DNA of 56,756 nt from a virus. Taxonomy: Duplodnaviria; Caudoviricetes. This document shows, one piece after another, positions 19,825 through 28,814 of this stretch. The DNA lies in IMG/VR virus record IMGVR_UViG_3300049926_000118, positions 1-56,756 of that record; one strand, given 5' to 3'. The translations under genes were made by a program, and so were the position numbers. The notes under the pieces were generated by a model, which ran no database searches, was not told where the DNA came from, and was given only the letters and a program-made list of their open reading frames with translations. Positions within the stretch are counted from its first letter, which is position 1, and every line of letters starts with the position of its first letter.

Positions 19825-19913
19825 AAAATCATCTTAAATTTTTTAAATTCTAAGATTCTTTCAAGGACAAGAATTGTATAACCAAGGAACGATTTTAAGT
19901 TTCGTCGAAACTA
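19825..19913 (-). promoter_or_regulatory. Conserved leader element, copy 2
   Basis: Same core as copy 1; extended -10 TGATATAAT on minus strand at 19931-19923 immediately upstream. Confidence 0.75.
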
Positions 19914-19984
19914 ATAATATTTATTATATCAAATTTTTTAAAAAATGATTAAAAAAATAAATATAAAGATGAAAAAATTAGTCT

Positions 19985-20111
19985 AATTAGATAGACATAA
20001 TAAATAGCTTATGCTACTAATTTTATTAGACAATAATTAGTCTCAATCCCTAGTTATTGTCTAATACGACTTGTCATTTTCATTCTTACATTGACGAGTC
20101 GTAGTTTTTTT
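19985..20111 (+). ncRNA. Candidate three-hairpin small RNA ending in intrinsic terminator
   Basis: Inverted repeats 19985-20022, 20024-20066, 20065-20103, then T7; mismatches are G-U only on plus strand. Confidence 0.35.
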
Positions 20112-20113
20112 AA

Positions 20114-21229
20114 TTAAATTGCTACAGATAAATTCATATCACTTACCGTGACGTTATCGGTATTATCAGAAGTTATAAATACCTCTACAAAATCAGTTGC
20201 AACAAAACTTACGGGTGTTCTAACTGTTAGACTTAAGGGTTTTGCGACCGTCAATTGATAATTATAATTTGCAGCCGGAACCAAAGAACCATTTTTATAA
20301 ATCATAATACCTAATGTTGCACTGAGAGTAGCAGCACTTGCAGATAAATCTACGCTCACCATCGCAGTGATAGGATCCGGTCCTCCATATTGTAATTTAT
20401 TAACAGCTGGCATAGTAAAACTAATAAGGGTACCAGAAATGGTTGTACCTACAATTTTAGTTGGGGTATTAGCAACTACAGAGGTGGCAGTATTATTCCC
20501 ACTCATATATAAAGATGCTAAAACTCCTGTAAGTGTATTACTTGCAGCAGTTAATTGTCCTCTTGAATTGACTGTAAAACTTCCAGTATAAGTACCTGGT
20601 GTTACCGCTGTATCGGTGATATCTATTGTACCTGAAGTAGTAATTGTCCCACCTGATAATCCTGCACCCGCTGTAATTGATGTTACTGTTCCACTCCCGT
20701 TGGTTGTCCAAATTGGTAAAGCTGCTGCGCCTTGAGAAGTTAGAACCTGACCGGTAGAACCTAGACTAGTTACGCTTTGCAAATTTCCTGTTGATGTAGT
20801 TCCGCCGCATATTAAGGCATAAGCAGTTGTACTTACTATTCCTGTGCCACCATATGGAACAGTGATAGTATTGCCATTCCAGGTGCTATTGGTAATAGGT
20901 TGACTATTCATATTGAGAGTAGCAAGTATACTAATACCGCTATTATCAAATTTCATTATATCTGTACCTGTGCTTTGTGCGTTTACGAAACTTTGCAATG
21001 TCAAAGAGCCATAAGTATCGGTACTCGTAGTTACATGACTCCACCTAAAACCAGAAAATAAATTATTTCTAATTTCCTGATTGAATTGAGAAGGAATCGA
21101 AATACTTGGAATAAAACTATTAGTTATCTGAAAAGTAGATAAGGATTGAGTATAATTAAATTGTTGCGTAGCTCCTAAGATATTCAACCCAGGATTGATA
21201 CCCGCTACTGTGATGGTACTCATTGGCAT
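20114..21229 (-). CDS. Fibre-like virion protein
   Basis: T/G/S-rich; WNG.TI.V.YGGTG, GQVLTS.G, GTVTSITAG.GL.GG.IT, TV.S.GQ.T.A motifs; AGGAG RBS. Confidence 0.65.
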   Translation of the reverse strand: MPMSTITVAGINPGLNILGATQQFNYTQSLSTFQITNSFIPSISIPSQFNQEIRNNLFSGFRWSHVTTSTDTYGSLTLQSFVNAQSTGTDIMKFDNSGISILATLNMNSQPITNSTWNGNTITVPYGGTGIVSTTAYALICGGTTSTGNLQSVTSLGSTGQVLTSQGAAALPIWTTNGSGTVTSITAGAGLSGGTITTSGTIDITDTAVTPGTYTGSFTVNSRGQLTAASNTLTGVLASLYMSGNNTATSVVANTPTKIVGTTISGTLISFTMPAVNKLQYGGPDPITAMVSVDLSASAATLSATLGIMIYKNGSLVPAANYNYQLTVAKPLSLTVRTPVSFVATDFVEVFITSDNTDNVTVSDMNLSVAI

Positions 21230-21256
21230 AGTATTATCTCCTTTTAATATTTTTTT

Positions 21257-21296
21257 ACGAAATAGAGCAAATCGCGGCGAAATGCAGCAAATCGCG
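21257..21296. repeat. Imperfect 20-bp tandem repeat x2, intergenic
   Basis: acgaaatagagcaaatcgcg / gcgaaatgcagcaaatcgcg. Confidence 0.75.
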
Positions 21297-21299
21297 TAA

Positions 21300-21962
21300 T
21301 TAATTTGCCCATATAATCTCTACGTTATCGTTTAATAGATCATATACCCACTTAGCATTTACCGCGTCGTAATCTGCTAGAGGAGAAGGAGCAATATTCT
21401 CTATTCTTGCGTTGTTTATATCTAAATTGGCATTTATCACCAATGTAGGTATACCTGCATCCGTTGCTGCTCCTGGAAGACCAGCTAATCCTTTTTGACC
21501 ATTACGCCCACTAGGACCACCTGTAACAAAGAAAATAGGAGTTATATTAAATATAGGATTTAAAGCTAGCGTATTTTCTATTTCTATTTTAATTAGGGAT
21601 ACTAACTTTGCTTCTACCGGTCTTCCTTCATTATTTCCTATCCATGCATTACCAAGACCTAAAGGTGGTAAGTTATTTATTTGAATATTTGGGAATGCTG
21701 TAGCTTGATCCAGAGAGTTACCTATCCATAGATTATTAAAAAGTAGCGGAGGAAAAAACGCTCCAACCGGTGTTTCAACAGGACGATTCATAGCATCCCC
21801 TACCCAAAAATAATTATGAGTAAGATTAGGTAATGAACCAAAAGGAATAAATGCCGAAGGTATAGCAATTCCATTGACATCACCTACTAAAACCTTAGTT
21901 GGATCACATAATATTCTCCCAGTTACTGGTGAAATAAAATTATATAGAACCTCATACGCCAT
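21300..21962 (-). CDS. Virion protein with short collagen-like segment
   Basis: Three P.L.....W(V/I)G(D/N) repeats, GPSGRNGQKGLAGLPG, DAVNAKWV motif. Confidence 0.55.
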   Translation of the reverse strand: MAYEVLYNFISPVTGRILCDPTKVLVGDVNGIAIPSAFIPFGSLPNLTHNYFWVGDAMNRPVETPVGAFFPPLLFNNLWIGNSLDQATAFPNIQINNLPPLGLGNAWIGNNEGRPVEAKLVSLIKIEIENTLALNPIFNITPIFFVTGGPSGRNGQKGLAGLPGAATDAGIPTLVINANLDINNARIENIAPSPLADYDAVNAKWVYDLLNDNVEIIWAN

Positions 21963-22304
21963 TTAATTGCCTCCCCAATTATAACTATTAAGGAGTTCTT
22001 CTAATTCCTTGTAAGGAAGGGCTATATTGTTATTAGGAGGATTAGGGATTGGAGGTCTTGGGTTTTCTATAGGAACCGGATCTTTCTTTATCATAGGGGG
22101 TCTATTTTGTTCATTTGGAATATCAACAAAAGGTTTGCCTACTAAAAGCCTAGTCCAGATCTTATTATTACCGCACCACTCCATCTGTTTAACTAAATCT
22201 TTGTGATTAAAAACGAAACCACTTCTCTGACAAATGCCTAATGCATCCGGATTTTTTGGATCTATATTTACATATTTTCCTTTGTATTTTCTGGAAAATG
22301 CCAT
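21963..22304 (-). CDS. Small conserved-type phage head-region protein
   Basis: ALGICQRSGF...DL..Q.EW motif; position after adaptor. Confidence 0.6.
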   Translation of the reverse strand: MAFSRKYKGKYVNIDPKNPDALGICQRSGFVFNHKDLVKQMEWCGNNKIWTRLLVGKPFVDIPNEQNRPPMIKKDPVPIENPRPPIPNPPNNNIALPYKELEELLNSYNWGGN

Positions 22305-22309
22305 ATCAC

Positions 22310-23371
22310 CTACTCATAATAAGAACTTACATCGCCGAAGATATTTAGCGGTGTCGTTTCTGAATCTTCTTTGGTCGCACTTTCAAACGACATATCGGCT
22401 TGTATCCCAAGCATCTGAGATCTTTCTGGACTAAACTTTATTGCTAATTCCCAAGCCAAACGCCAGATCAAAGCAGGATAAAACCGTGAAGGAATTTGCA
22501 CGCCGTTTGTATAAAGCATTCCAGTATCTTGAATCATCTTCTTATAAGAATACTGCAAACAGTTATAATCAGGTGTTGGAATAGGCCATAGTGTTAAAAC
22601 CGGCAATATTTGACGGTCTATATAAAAAATACTTGGACGAGATGCCTGATATTTATTTGTATAAGAATAATAATCATCACGACTTATGTTAGAAATAGGT
22701 AAGTCTTGAATATTATTATTAAAAAATATTTCCTGAATATTTAAAGTAGCTCCGCCAGTTTCTCTTATTCTATAAGCTCTTGCATTCACAGAAATTGGAA
22801 CATCAAACCAATTATTAACTCCGGCAGAATAAGATTGTTTTGGTATATCAAATAACAATGACCAAACCATATTATTGTCGGCTGCCTCAACCGAAATTGT
22901 ATATTGCTGATTCGTCTCGGAAGTAATTCCAATAAAATTAATTTGTGATGTTACACCATCCCCATAATCATACGAAATATATCCATTAGCAGCATTTTGA
23001 GTACAAGCGGTAGTAGGATCGCCATCAAATGCATATGCAGCCACTCCTCCTGCCGAACTAAAAGCAACTCCTGTCGCTGTTACTTGTCTGCTTGATGTCC
23101 TAAGATTAGCTTGAATAACATTACTAACACTTACATCGAGGAGATATTGACCTTGCAATGGTACTAATGGAAGATAAGCTTTCTCAAGAGTCCATAGATT
23201 TACAGACTTATTCATCCATTCTAAAAAGATCAGATCAATGCTTCTTTTAGCCGATTCCAATTTAACCGGCTCAACAAATTCACCTGAGATACCTATTTTC
23301 TCAAAAGCCTCTCTAATGATGAGCTCAATCTGTATAGACTGAAAATTAAAAGTACCGGAGGTCGGAAGCAT
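22310..23371 (-). CDS. Putative head completion/adaptor protein with inserted beta-sandwich
   Basis: TSGTFNF...IIREAFE..G, W.N..VNLWT, RPS.FY, LWP.P, P.RFYPAL motifs; central AFDGD..T...ARAYRI discoidin-like insert. Confidence 0.6.
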   Translation of the reverse strand: MLPTSGTFNFQSIQIELIIREAFEKIGISGEFVEPVKLESAKRSIDLIFLEWMNKSVNLWTLEKAYLPLVPLQGQYLLDVSVSNVIQANLRTSSRQVTATGVAFSSAGGVAAYAFDGDPTTACTQNAANGYISYDYGDGVTSQINFIGITSETNQQYTISVEAADNNMVWSLLFDIPKQSYSAGVNNWFDVPISVNARAYRIRETGGATLNIQEIFFNNNIQDLPISNISRDDYYSYTNKYQASRPSIFYIDRQILPVLTLWPIPTPDYNCLQYSYKKMIQDTGMLYTNGVQIPSRFYPALIWRLAWELAIKFSPERSQMLGIQADMSFESATKEDSETTPLNIFGDVSSYYE

Positions 23372-23389
23372 TGTTTCATCTCTTTATTA

Positions 23390-23620
23390 TTAACGATTAA
23401 AACGCTTTAGCGTTCTATCTAAGTTAGCCTCTTTTCTTATTGTTCGATTTTTAGAATGTTCTGCTTTTTCTAGTTTTTTCTCTGGAATTTTTTTATCTGC
23501 AGGAACTCCTAAAGCTCTATGGAGTACGCCTTTTTTTTCCGGGTCAATAGCTGATTGAATCCATTTCTTTGGATTCATACTTTGTGACATCATTTGTTTT
23601 GTAGCTCTACTACGTGCCAT
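23390..23620 (-). CDS. Small basic phage protein
   Basis: KKWIQSAI...G.LHRALGVP..KKIP..KL motif; GAGG RBS. Confidence 0.65.
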   Translation of the reverse strand: MARSRATKQMMSQSMNPKKWIQSAIDPEKKGVLHRALGVPADKKIPEKKLEKAEHSKNRTIRKEANLDRTLKRFNR

Positions 23621-23629
23621 ATAATCCTC

Positions 23630-24292
23630 TTAGACTTGAATGAAATTCATACGAATACTATTAGCTATTGTCGTTTGGTCTCCTTCGATCAGGATAACAA
23701 TAGAATGGCAAGGGATTACATTAACAGGAGGTAAAATATACTGAGCGTCAGTGGATAATGTTTTTATAATAAAAACATTAGAATCTAATGCATCTGTAAA
23801 TTTTATTCCGTTTTGAGCAATATTATCTAAAGTATTTACTATAACTGTCGGAATACTATTTGTTGTTAATTTGAATGTGCTTAGTGAGTAATTAATTACT
23901 GCACGCTGTAGATTGATATTAAGCAGTGGAAAATATCCGGAATGACCTGTACCTATACTTATACCGTTTGCAGCACCTGTTGCAGAAATAGAAGTGATAA
24001 CATCATAAATTTCATCCCCATATTTAGTAGTGGCATTTGGACCTGTAATTACTTCTGTAATTTTTTCTCCGTTTTGCAAGCCATTGATAGTAAAAGTCAC
24101 ACCCGATAAATTATTAGCTGAGCTGAGTGAGATTGATCTGCTATAACCATGCGTTAGAAAATTTACTTCAGAAGCAATTTCATTAGTTAGATTTCCGTTT
24201 AATGTTAAATTACCTGCTCCGGTTATATTCTGTACTTTACATACATCTGATGTATTGCCGGCTGGAAAAGTATAGGTTAAATAGCGACGCAT
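23630..24292 (-). CDS. Putative minor capsid/decoration protein (paralog A)
   Basis: Shares LTLNG.L, RS.S, LSGVTF...G.QNG...TE.I.GP, YD.I.SI, GTG.SGY.PL with next gene. Confidence 0.55.
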   Translation of the reverse strand: MRRYLTYTFPAGNTSDVCKVQNITGAGNLTLNGNLTNEIASEVNFLTHGYSRSISLSSANNLSGVTFTINGLQNGEKITEVITGPNATTKYGDEIYDVITSISATGAANGISIGTGHSGYFPLLNINLQRAVINYSLSTFKLTTNSIPTVIVNTLDNIAQNGIKFTDALDSNVFIIKTLSTDAQYILPPVNVIPCHSIVILIEGDQTTIANSIRMNFIQV

Positions 24293-24295
24293 TAT

Positions 24296-24940
24296 TTACT
24301 CCTGCAAAAATGTGAAATTAAAACTATCAGTATCAATAGAGCTATTTATTTTTAACAAAAGAAAGTTAGTAATAGCTGTGGAATTTTTTATTGTAGAAAC
24401 CGTTAGATTCTCAACCCCGCTTACCGGAAATAATGTTTGAGTACTAAATGGTATAAAATTTGTATTAATTGAAGCTAATGTCTCAAACATTGTGTAATTA
24501 ACGCTGGTAATTGCTTTTAGCAAAACAGAAAAAGAGTAATTAATTGCAGGTGCATTAACATTCGTAGATATAAGCGGCAGATAACCGGATGTACCAGTTC
24601 CCACCATTACATTAGTCACCGCTCCATTTGTAGTGATAGATTCTATAATATCATAATATTTAGCACCATAAACTGTTCCGCTAGCTGGTCCTGCTATAGA
24701 TTCGGTAACTAAAGCTCCATTTTGAAATCCTAGAACAATAAAAGTAACTCCACTAAGTCCAGAACCGGTGATAGAAACCGACCTTATCATATCATTAGCT
24801 ATGAATGATATTTGGTTAGGTATACTGGTATTAGACAATGTGCCATTTAATGTTAAAGTAGCCGCTGCTCCATACGTTTGTGAAGCGCATACAGCGGCTT
24901 TATCAACAACAGGCCACGCTAGTTCTAAAAAAATTGACAT
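24296..24940 (-). CDS. Putative minor capsid/decoration protein (paralog B)
   Basis: Tandem paralog of 23630..24292, downstream of major capsid gene. Confidence 0.55.
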   Translation of the reverse strand: MSIFLELAWPVVDKAAVCASQTYGAAATLTLNGTLSNTSIPNQISFIANDMIRSVSITGSGLSGVTFIVLGFQNGALVTESIAGPASGTVYGAKYYDIIESITTNGAVTNVMVGTGTSGYLPLISTNVNAPAINYSFSVLLKAITSVNYTMFETLASINTNFIPFSTQTLFPVSGVENLTVSTIKNSTAITNFLLLKINSSIDTDSFNFTFLQE

Positions 24941-25032
24941 CGATTATTTTAATCTCTAAAGTTAATCGCCAATGTCATGTTACTTACCTTGATCCAACTG
25001 GTAGTATCCTTTATGACATTGGCACAATTCAA

Positions 25033-25950
25033 TTAAGCACCAGGTGATCCAAAAAGTGCACGCGGATTGGATATCCCGAATGAATATCTTTCCAGCGCAG
25101 AGAACTTAACACTTTTCGTATCAAAGTCTGCATAAGCATCCGTTTCAACAGCCTGACGTTGCATGTGCTTCATACCGCTGAGTGCGTTTGTAAGCATGAA
25201 AAAAGCACCTGAACGAGTTAAGAATTCATTAACACGATAACCATTTGGTATATAATTATTTTTGTTTAATGCATTAATATCGTTGTTAGCTGTTTCAGGA
25301 CGGAATGCAGAATCAAGTAATCTCGATGCTGCAAATTGCTCATCAGGATGCACAATCAATTTATCGATTTTAAGTGCAACTCTTAAACCTGACCAAGATC
25401 TAGTTTTTTGGGATAAAATTATCATTGCTTCTAATGCTCCCTCTCCAAAATCGATGGTAGCACCACCTCCCGCAACTAATAAATTAGAATAACTTCCGTT
25501 ATCAATTGGTTGGGTGGCCGAACAAGCCGGTTGACCGGTTCCGTACGCATAAGCCGGATTAAAGGCGTTATTTAAGATATTTGCTCCAAGTTGGTTTTTA
25601 GTATCCTTTAGCGAAGCTTTAAGAGCCCTTGCTTCATTAAAGAATTGATTCTTATACTGGTTATCGTCTACGGCGATTTTGGTCACTGCAAACGAATTTG
25701 CCACGAGAAGGTGACGATACACATTTTTGACCCTTTGACCCATAGTATCTACTGGGATTGGCGCACCTTCTGAAACAATAGAAGCTGCTCCTAAACTTCT
25801 CATTTCGATATCATATTCCTCAGCCATTGAAGACTGAGTTGTCTTAAATATTTCTGCCCATTGTTCGCCATAACTATCTTGATCTACAAGAATCTCATCT
25901 AATCCTGGACGTAACAGATCTCTAATTTGAGCTAAATTAACAATACTCAT
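25033..25950 (-). CDS. Major capsid protein (HK97 fold)
   Basis: LLRPGL, W.EIF....S....E, EG..I..D, ILNNAF, LIVHP, NDINA, ERYSFG.SNPR..FGSPGA; AGGAG RBS. Confidence 0.85.
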   Translation of the reverse strand: MSIVNLAQIRDLLRPGLDEILVDQDSYGEQWAEIFKTTQSSMAEEYDIEMRSLGAASIVSEGAPIPVDTMGQRVKNVYRHLLVANSFAVTKIAVDDNQYKNQFFNEARALKASLKDTKNQLGANILNNAFNPAYAYGTGQPACSATQPIDNGSYSNLLVAGGGATIDFGEGALEAMIILSQKTRSWSGLRVALKIDKLIVHPDEQFAASRLLDSAFRPETANNDINALNKNNYIPNGYRVNEFLTRSGAFFMLTNALSGMKHMQRQAVETDAYADFDTKSVKFSALERYSFGISNPRALFGSPGA

Positions 25951-25970
25951 TTATTCTTCTCCTTTTTTAT

Positions 25971-26951
25971 TTATGCAAATGTTTGACCAGGCGTTCCAGC
26001 TTTAAAGACATGGTTATTAATCGTCACAAGCAACGTCAAAAATGGAGTTGTTTGCAAAGTCTTGCCAGGTCTAATAATATTCTTGGTTGAATAGCCAATA
26101 GCTTTGAGTGGTAATGTGACTACCGTGTGATCGTAATCATTACCTGCGTTGAATGAACCATCGCCTGTAAAAGTATTAGTAGCATTTTTACCGTAAGTAC
26201 TTACACAAAGATAAGCTCCTGAAAGACCGCTCTTAACATCGCCGCCATATGGATTTGTACCAAAGACTGTAACAGCTGTACCATCCGCAGCAGCCGTCAT
26301 CGTACTGACAGGATTATTAGTATATTTAGCGCCAGTAGGGTTAGCTGGATCTATAGGAATAGTATTGAAATTTATTCCACCACCTCCCATGATACTAAAA
26401 TTACTGCCTATTCCCGATGTTTTAGCAGCTGTTGCTGATGTTCCAGGGAAGAATGGAGCTGAAGTTAAACCTGCGACACCGGCACCTGTAAAATCAGCAG
26501 CAGCGGCATTAATATAAGTAGAAGCTTGTACTTCCCATACTACATTTGGATCATCGTTAACATATGCTGTTATTGATGTGCCCGGATATATAAGAGTATT
26601 GGCAGGCCAGAACGGAGATCTTACTAATTGATTATTAACATCATAATATTCACAATCTTGAAACACTCCTAAGACGGGAAATGTTTGCGCAAAAGTATTA
26701 GCGGTACCCGCTACATTTTGAGTAAAGGCAGGCAAGTAAACATTAATCGTATTAACGCCGCCATCTGCGCCTGCTGCTGCTAGTGTTGATAAACGGACTA
26801 AATCGCCGTTAAAAAGAGAAACATCATAACCGACTGGAGCATTTCCACCAGTATTAGGTATAGAGTAAACTGTTCTTCTTTCTACCCAAGTTGATCCTGT
26901 ATTGTTGTAAAGCGCACGCAGTCCGAATGGACCGTTTGTACCATAAGCCAT
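25971..26951 (-). CDS. Putative capsid-associated (decoration) protein
   Basis: N.PFGLR, F.GD.V, LGVF..CEY, V.DDP.VV.EVQ, V.INNH motifs; directly upstream of major capsid gene. Confidence 0.65.
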   Translation of the reverse strand: MAYGTNGPFGLRALYNNTGSTWVERRTVYSIPNTGGNAPVGYDVSLFNGDLVRLSTLAAAGADGGVNTINVYLPAFTQNVAGTANTFAQTFPVLGVFQDCEYYDVNNQLVRSPFWPANTLIYPGTSITAYVNDDPNVVWEVQASTYINAAAADFTGAGVAGLTSAPFFPGTSATAAKTSGIGSNFSIMGGGGINFNTIPIDPANPTGAKYTNNPVSTMTAAADGTAVTVFGTNPYGGDVKSGLSGAYLCVSTYGKNATNTFTGDGSFNAGNDYDHTVVTLPLKAIGYSTKNIIRPGKTLQTTPFLTLLVTINNHVFKAGTPGQTFA

Positions 26952-27163
26952 AAAAAACCTCTTAATAATTAAAAAATTAACTAAATAAAATCTTTTATGG
27001 AAAGAATTGAATAACCGAAGAACGATTTTAGGTTTCGTCGAAACTATAATTATTAAAAAGTTGAAGTAGAGATATAAAACCTCCGGTAAGACTTGGTTGT
27101 CTTGACAATCATTTTTTTACAAAAAAATAATAAAAAACTACGATTTTAAGTTTCGCTCAACTG
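26952..27163 (-). promoter_or_regulatory. Conserved leader element, copy 3 (ends 27046) plus partial copy 4 (27140-27162)
   Basis: Minus TAGTTTCGACGAAACCTAAAATCGTTCTTCGGTTAT and AGTTGAGCGAAACTTAAAATCGT; TATAAT at 27187-27182. Confidence 0.7.
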
Positions 27164-27237
27164 TATTTAAATGATTATTTTATTATAATTAAGAATATTC
27201 ACTATAACAACTAAATTCCTAATCTTTTTTTTAATTT

Positions 27238-28383
27238 TTATGTAGGTAACCATATCGTGCCCCAAATTCCATCAGGAGAATACGGAACTAAAACGCCGCT
27301 ACCATCTATAACTGCTATTGTTAATGTTCCGGGAGTTTTTAGAGTTACGTATACATGATTGGCAGTAGGCGTCCCACCGTTACTTCCTGAGCCAAAATTT
27401 ACAGCGTAATTAGCTGAGGCAAGAGGTGTAGTAAATGTAATAATATAAGTACCATTACTACCCGTAACTGAAGCTACATTATATTGACTTAGCTGCACTA
27501 TAGTATTACCCACTGGTATTACAGAGGTATTAGTAAAGTTAAATATTACTTTGGGAGTTGTAGGGCTTACAAATGATCCACCTATTGTTAATGAACCGGT
27601 TAGCGTTAGATTATTACCGCTGGTAATATTAGCACTCGTATCTATTTGCATTCCATTAATACTGACTTTACCAGTTCCAGCACTACTTAGCTGGATACCG
27701 CCATTAGTCACATTAGTAGTAATAACCTCACCACTTAGTTGCAAATCTCCGACCGCTACTGAAGTTAGATCTACTATTGTTTTACCTAGCGAAATAATTG
27801 GATCACTAGAAACTCCATCCCCATTATTTATGCTAATATTTTCTCCCGCTACTAAATCACGTGTCGTATAAGTCAGGGATGGACTAGTAGTTTTTGCAAC
27901 TAAAAATCCCGGTACACTAACATTAGATGTTAAATTAGAAATGGAAGTTGGTAACTTAAAATCTATTGTTCCACCTGGAGGGGTTAGAACTCCTCCCGTA
28001 ATAACAATACTATTGTTAGTACTTTTAGTTTCAACTGAATTTATCGCACTAGTTCCGGCGGCAAAAGGTACAAGTCCCCATATACCATTTGCTGTAGAAA
28101 TATCAGTTAAAAATAAGTAATAAGCTTCTCCGGCTAAAACTGTAGTTATACTAGTTACGCCATCATTTTTCATGATCTGAAATGTATTAGCGGAAATATT
28201 ATTAAAAATAACAGTCCACCCCGGACTTGCTAATGTAGCATCGGGCAATATTATTTTAAAATTACCCGTACTAGCATTAACATTATTGATATCATAAATT
28301 ATCGGAGGTTGTTGGAATGAGAACGGCCAACTTAATGTTATATCATTAGTTAAGTTAATCTGTTGGTACGAACTTTGAGCCAT
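27238..28383 (-). CDS. Fibre-like/minor virion protein
   Basis: 381 aa T/S/G-rich; LPDA....PGW, N.DGVSSDP, YNVASV....G.Y.ITF.TP...ANY motifs. Confidence 0.55.
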   Translation of the reverse strand: MAQSSYQQINLTNDITLSWPFSFQQPPIIYDINNVNASTGNFKIILPDATLASPGWTVIFNNISANTFQIMKNDGVTSITTVLAGEAYYLFLTDISTANGIWGLVPFAAGTSAINSVETKSTNNSIVITGGVLTPPGGTIDFKLPTSISNLTSNVSVPGFLVAKTTSPSLTYTTRDLVAGENISINNGDGVSSDPIISLGKTIVDLTSVAVGDLQLSGEVITTNVTNGGIQLSSAGTGKVSINGMQIDTSANITSGNNLTLTGSLTIGGSFVSPTTPKVIFNFTNTSVIPVGNTIVQLSQYNVASVTGSNGTYIITFTTPLASANYAVNFGSGSNGGTPTANHVYVTLKTPGTLTIAVIDGSGVLVPYSPDGIWGTIWLPT

Positions 28384-28385
28384 AA

Positions 28386-28814
28386 TTAATAACGTCTTGA
28401 TTGTGAGTTGTAAAGGTGCCCTTCGTCACTAATTTGCACCTCTAAGGCTTTGGTCTGTTCTATAGTATTTTTATGATGTTGCTGATCTTCATATTCACTA
28501 TATTTTTCATGACGTTCCATAAGTAGACAACCATTTACATATATAAATTTTTCAGACAAAGGATTTTCACCTAGTGGATCTATATATTTTGCAGTAGTTC
28601 TCGAAGCATCCACTAGTTCCCATTTTTTTCTCCGCAAACGTTCGATTTGATTGTCGCTTGTGCCTCTTATATTATGACGTCCCCAATGATAGCGATATCC
28701 TTCACGATACACACCGGGTGGCAAATCATATGGGTTAATATATTCAAAATTATATTCAGGGCGTAAGTCTGAATCTCTTACTTCTTCATCTCTTTCTGTG
28801 CGTAGTTTTTTCAT
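28386..28814 (-). CDS. Conserved-type phage head-region protein
   Basis: PP....GY.Y.W.R, WE.V, I.V.G.LLM motif; follows scaffold. Confidence 0.6.
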   Translation of the reverse strand: MKKLRTERDEEVRDSDLRPEYNFEYINPYDLPPGVYREGYRYHWGRHNIRGTSDNQIERLRRKKWELVDASRTTAKYIDPLGENPLSEKFIYVNGCLLMERHEKYSEYEDQQHHKNTIEQTKALEVQISDEGHLYNSQSRRY

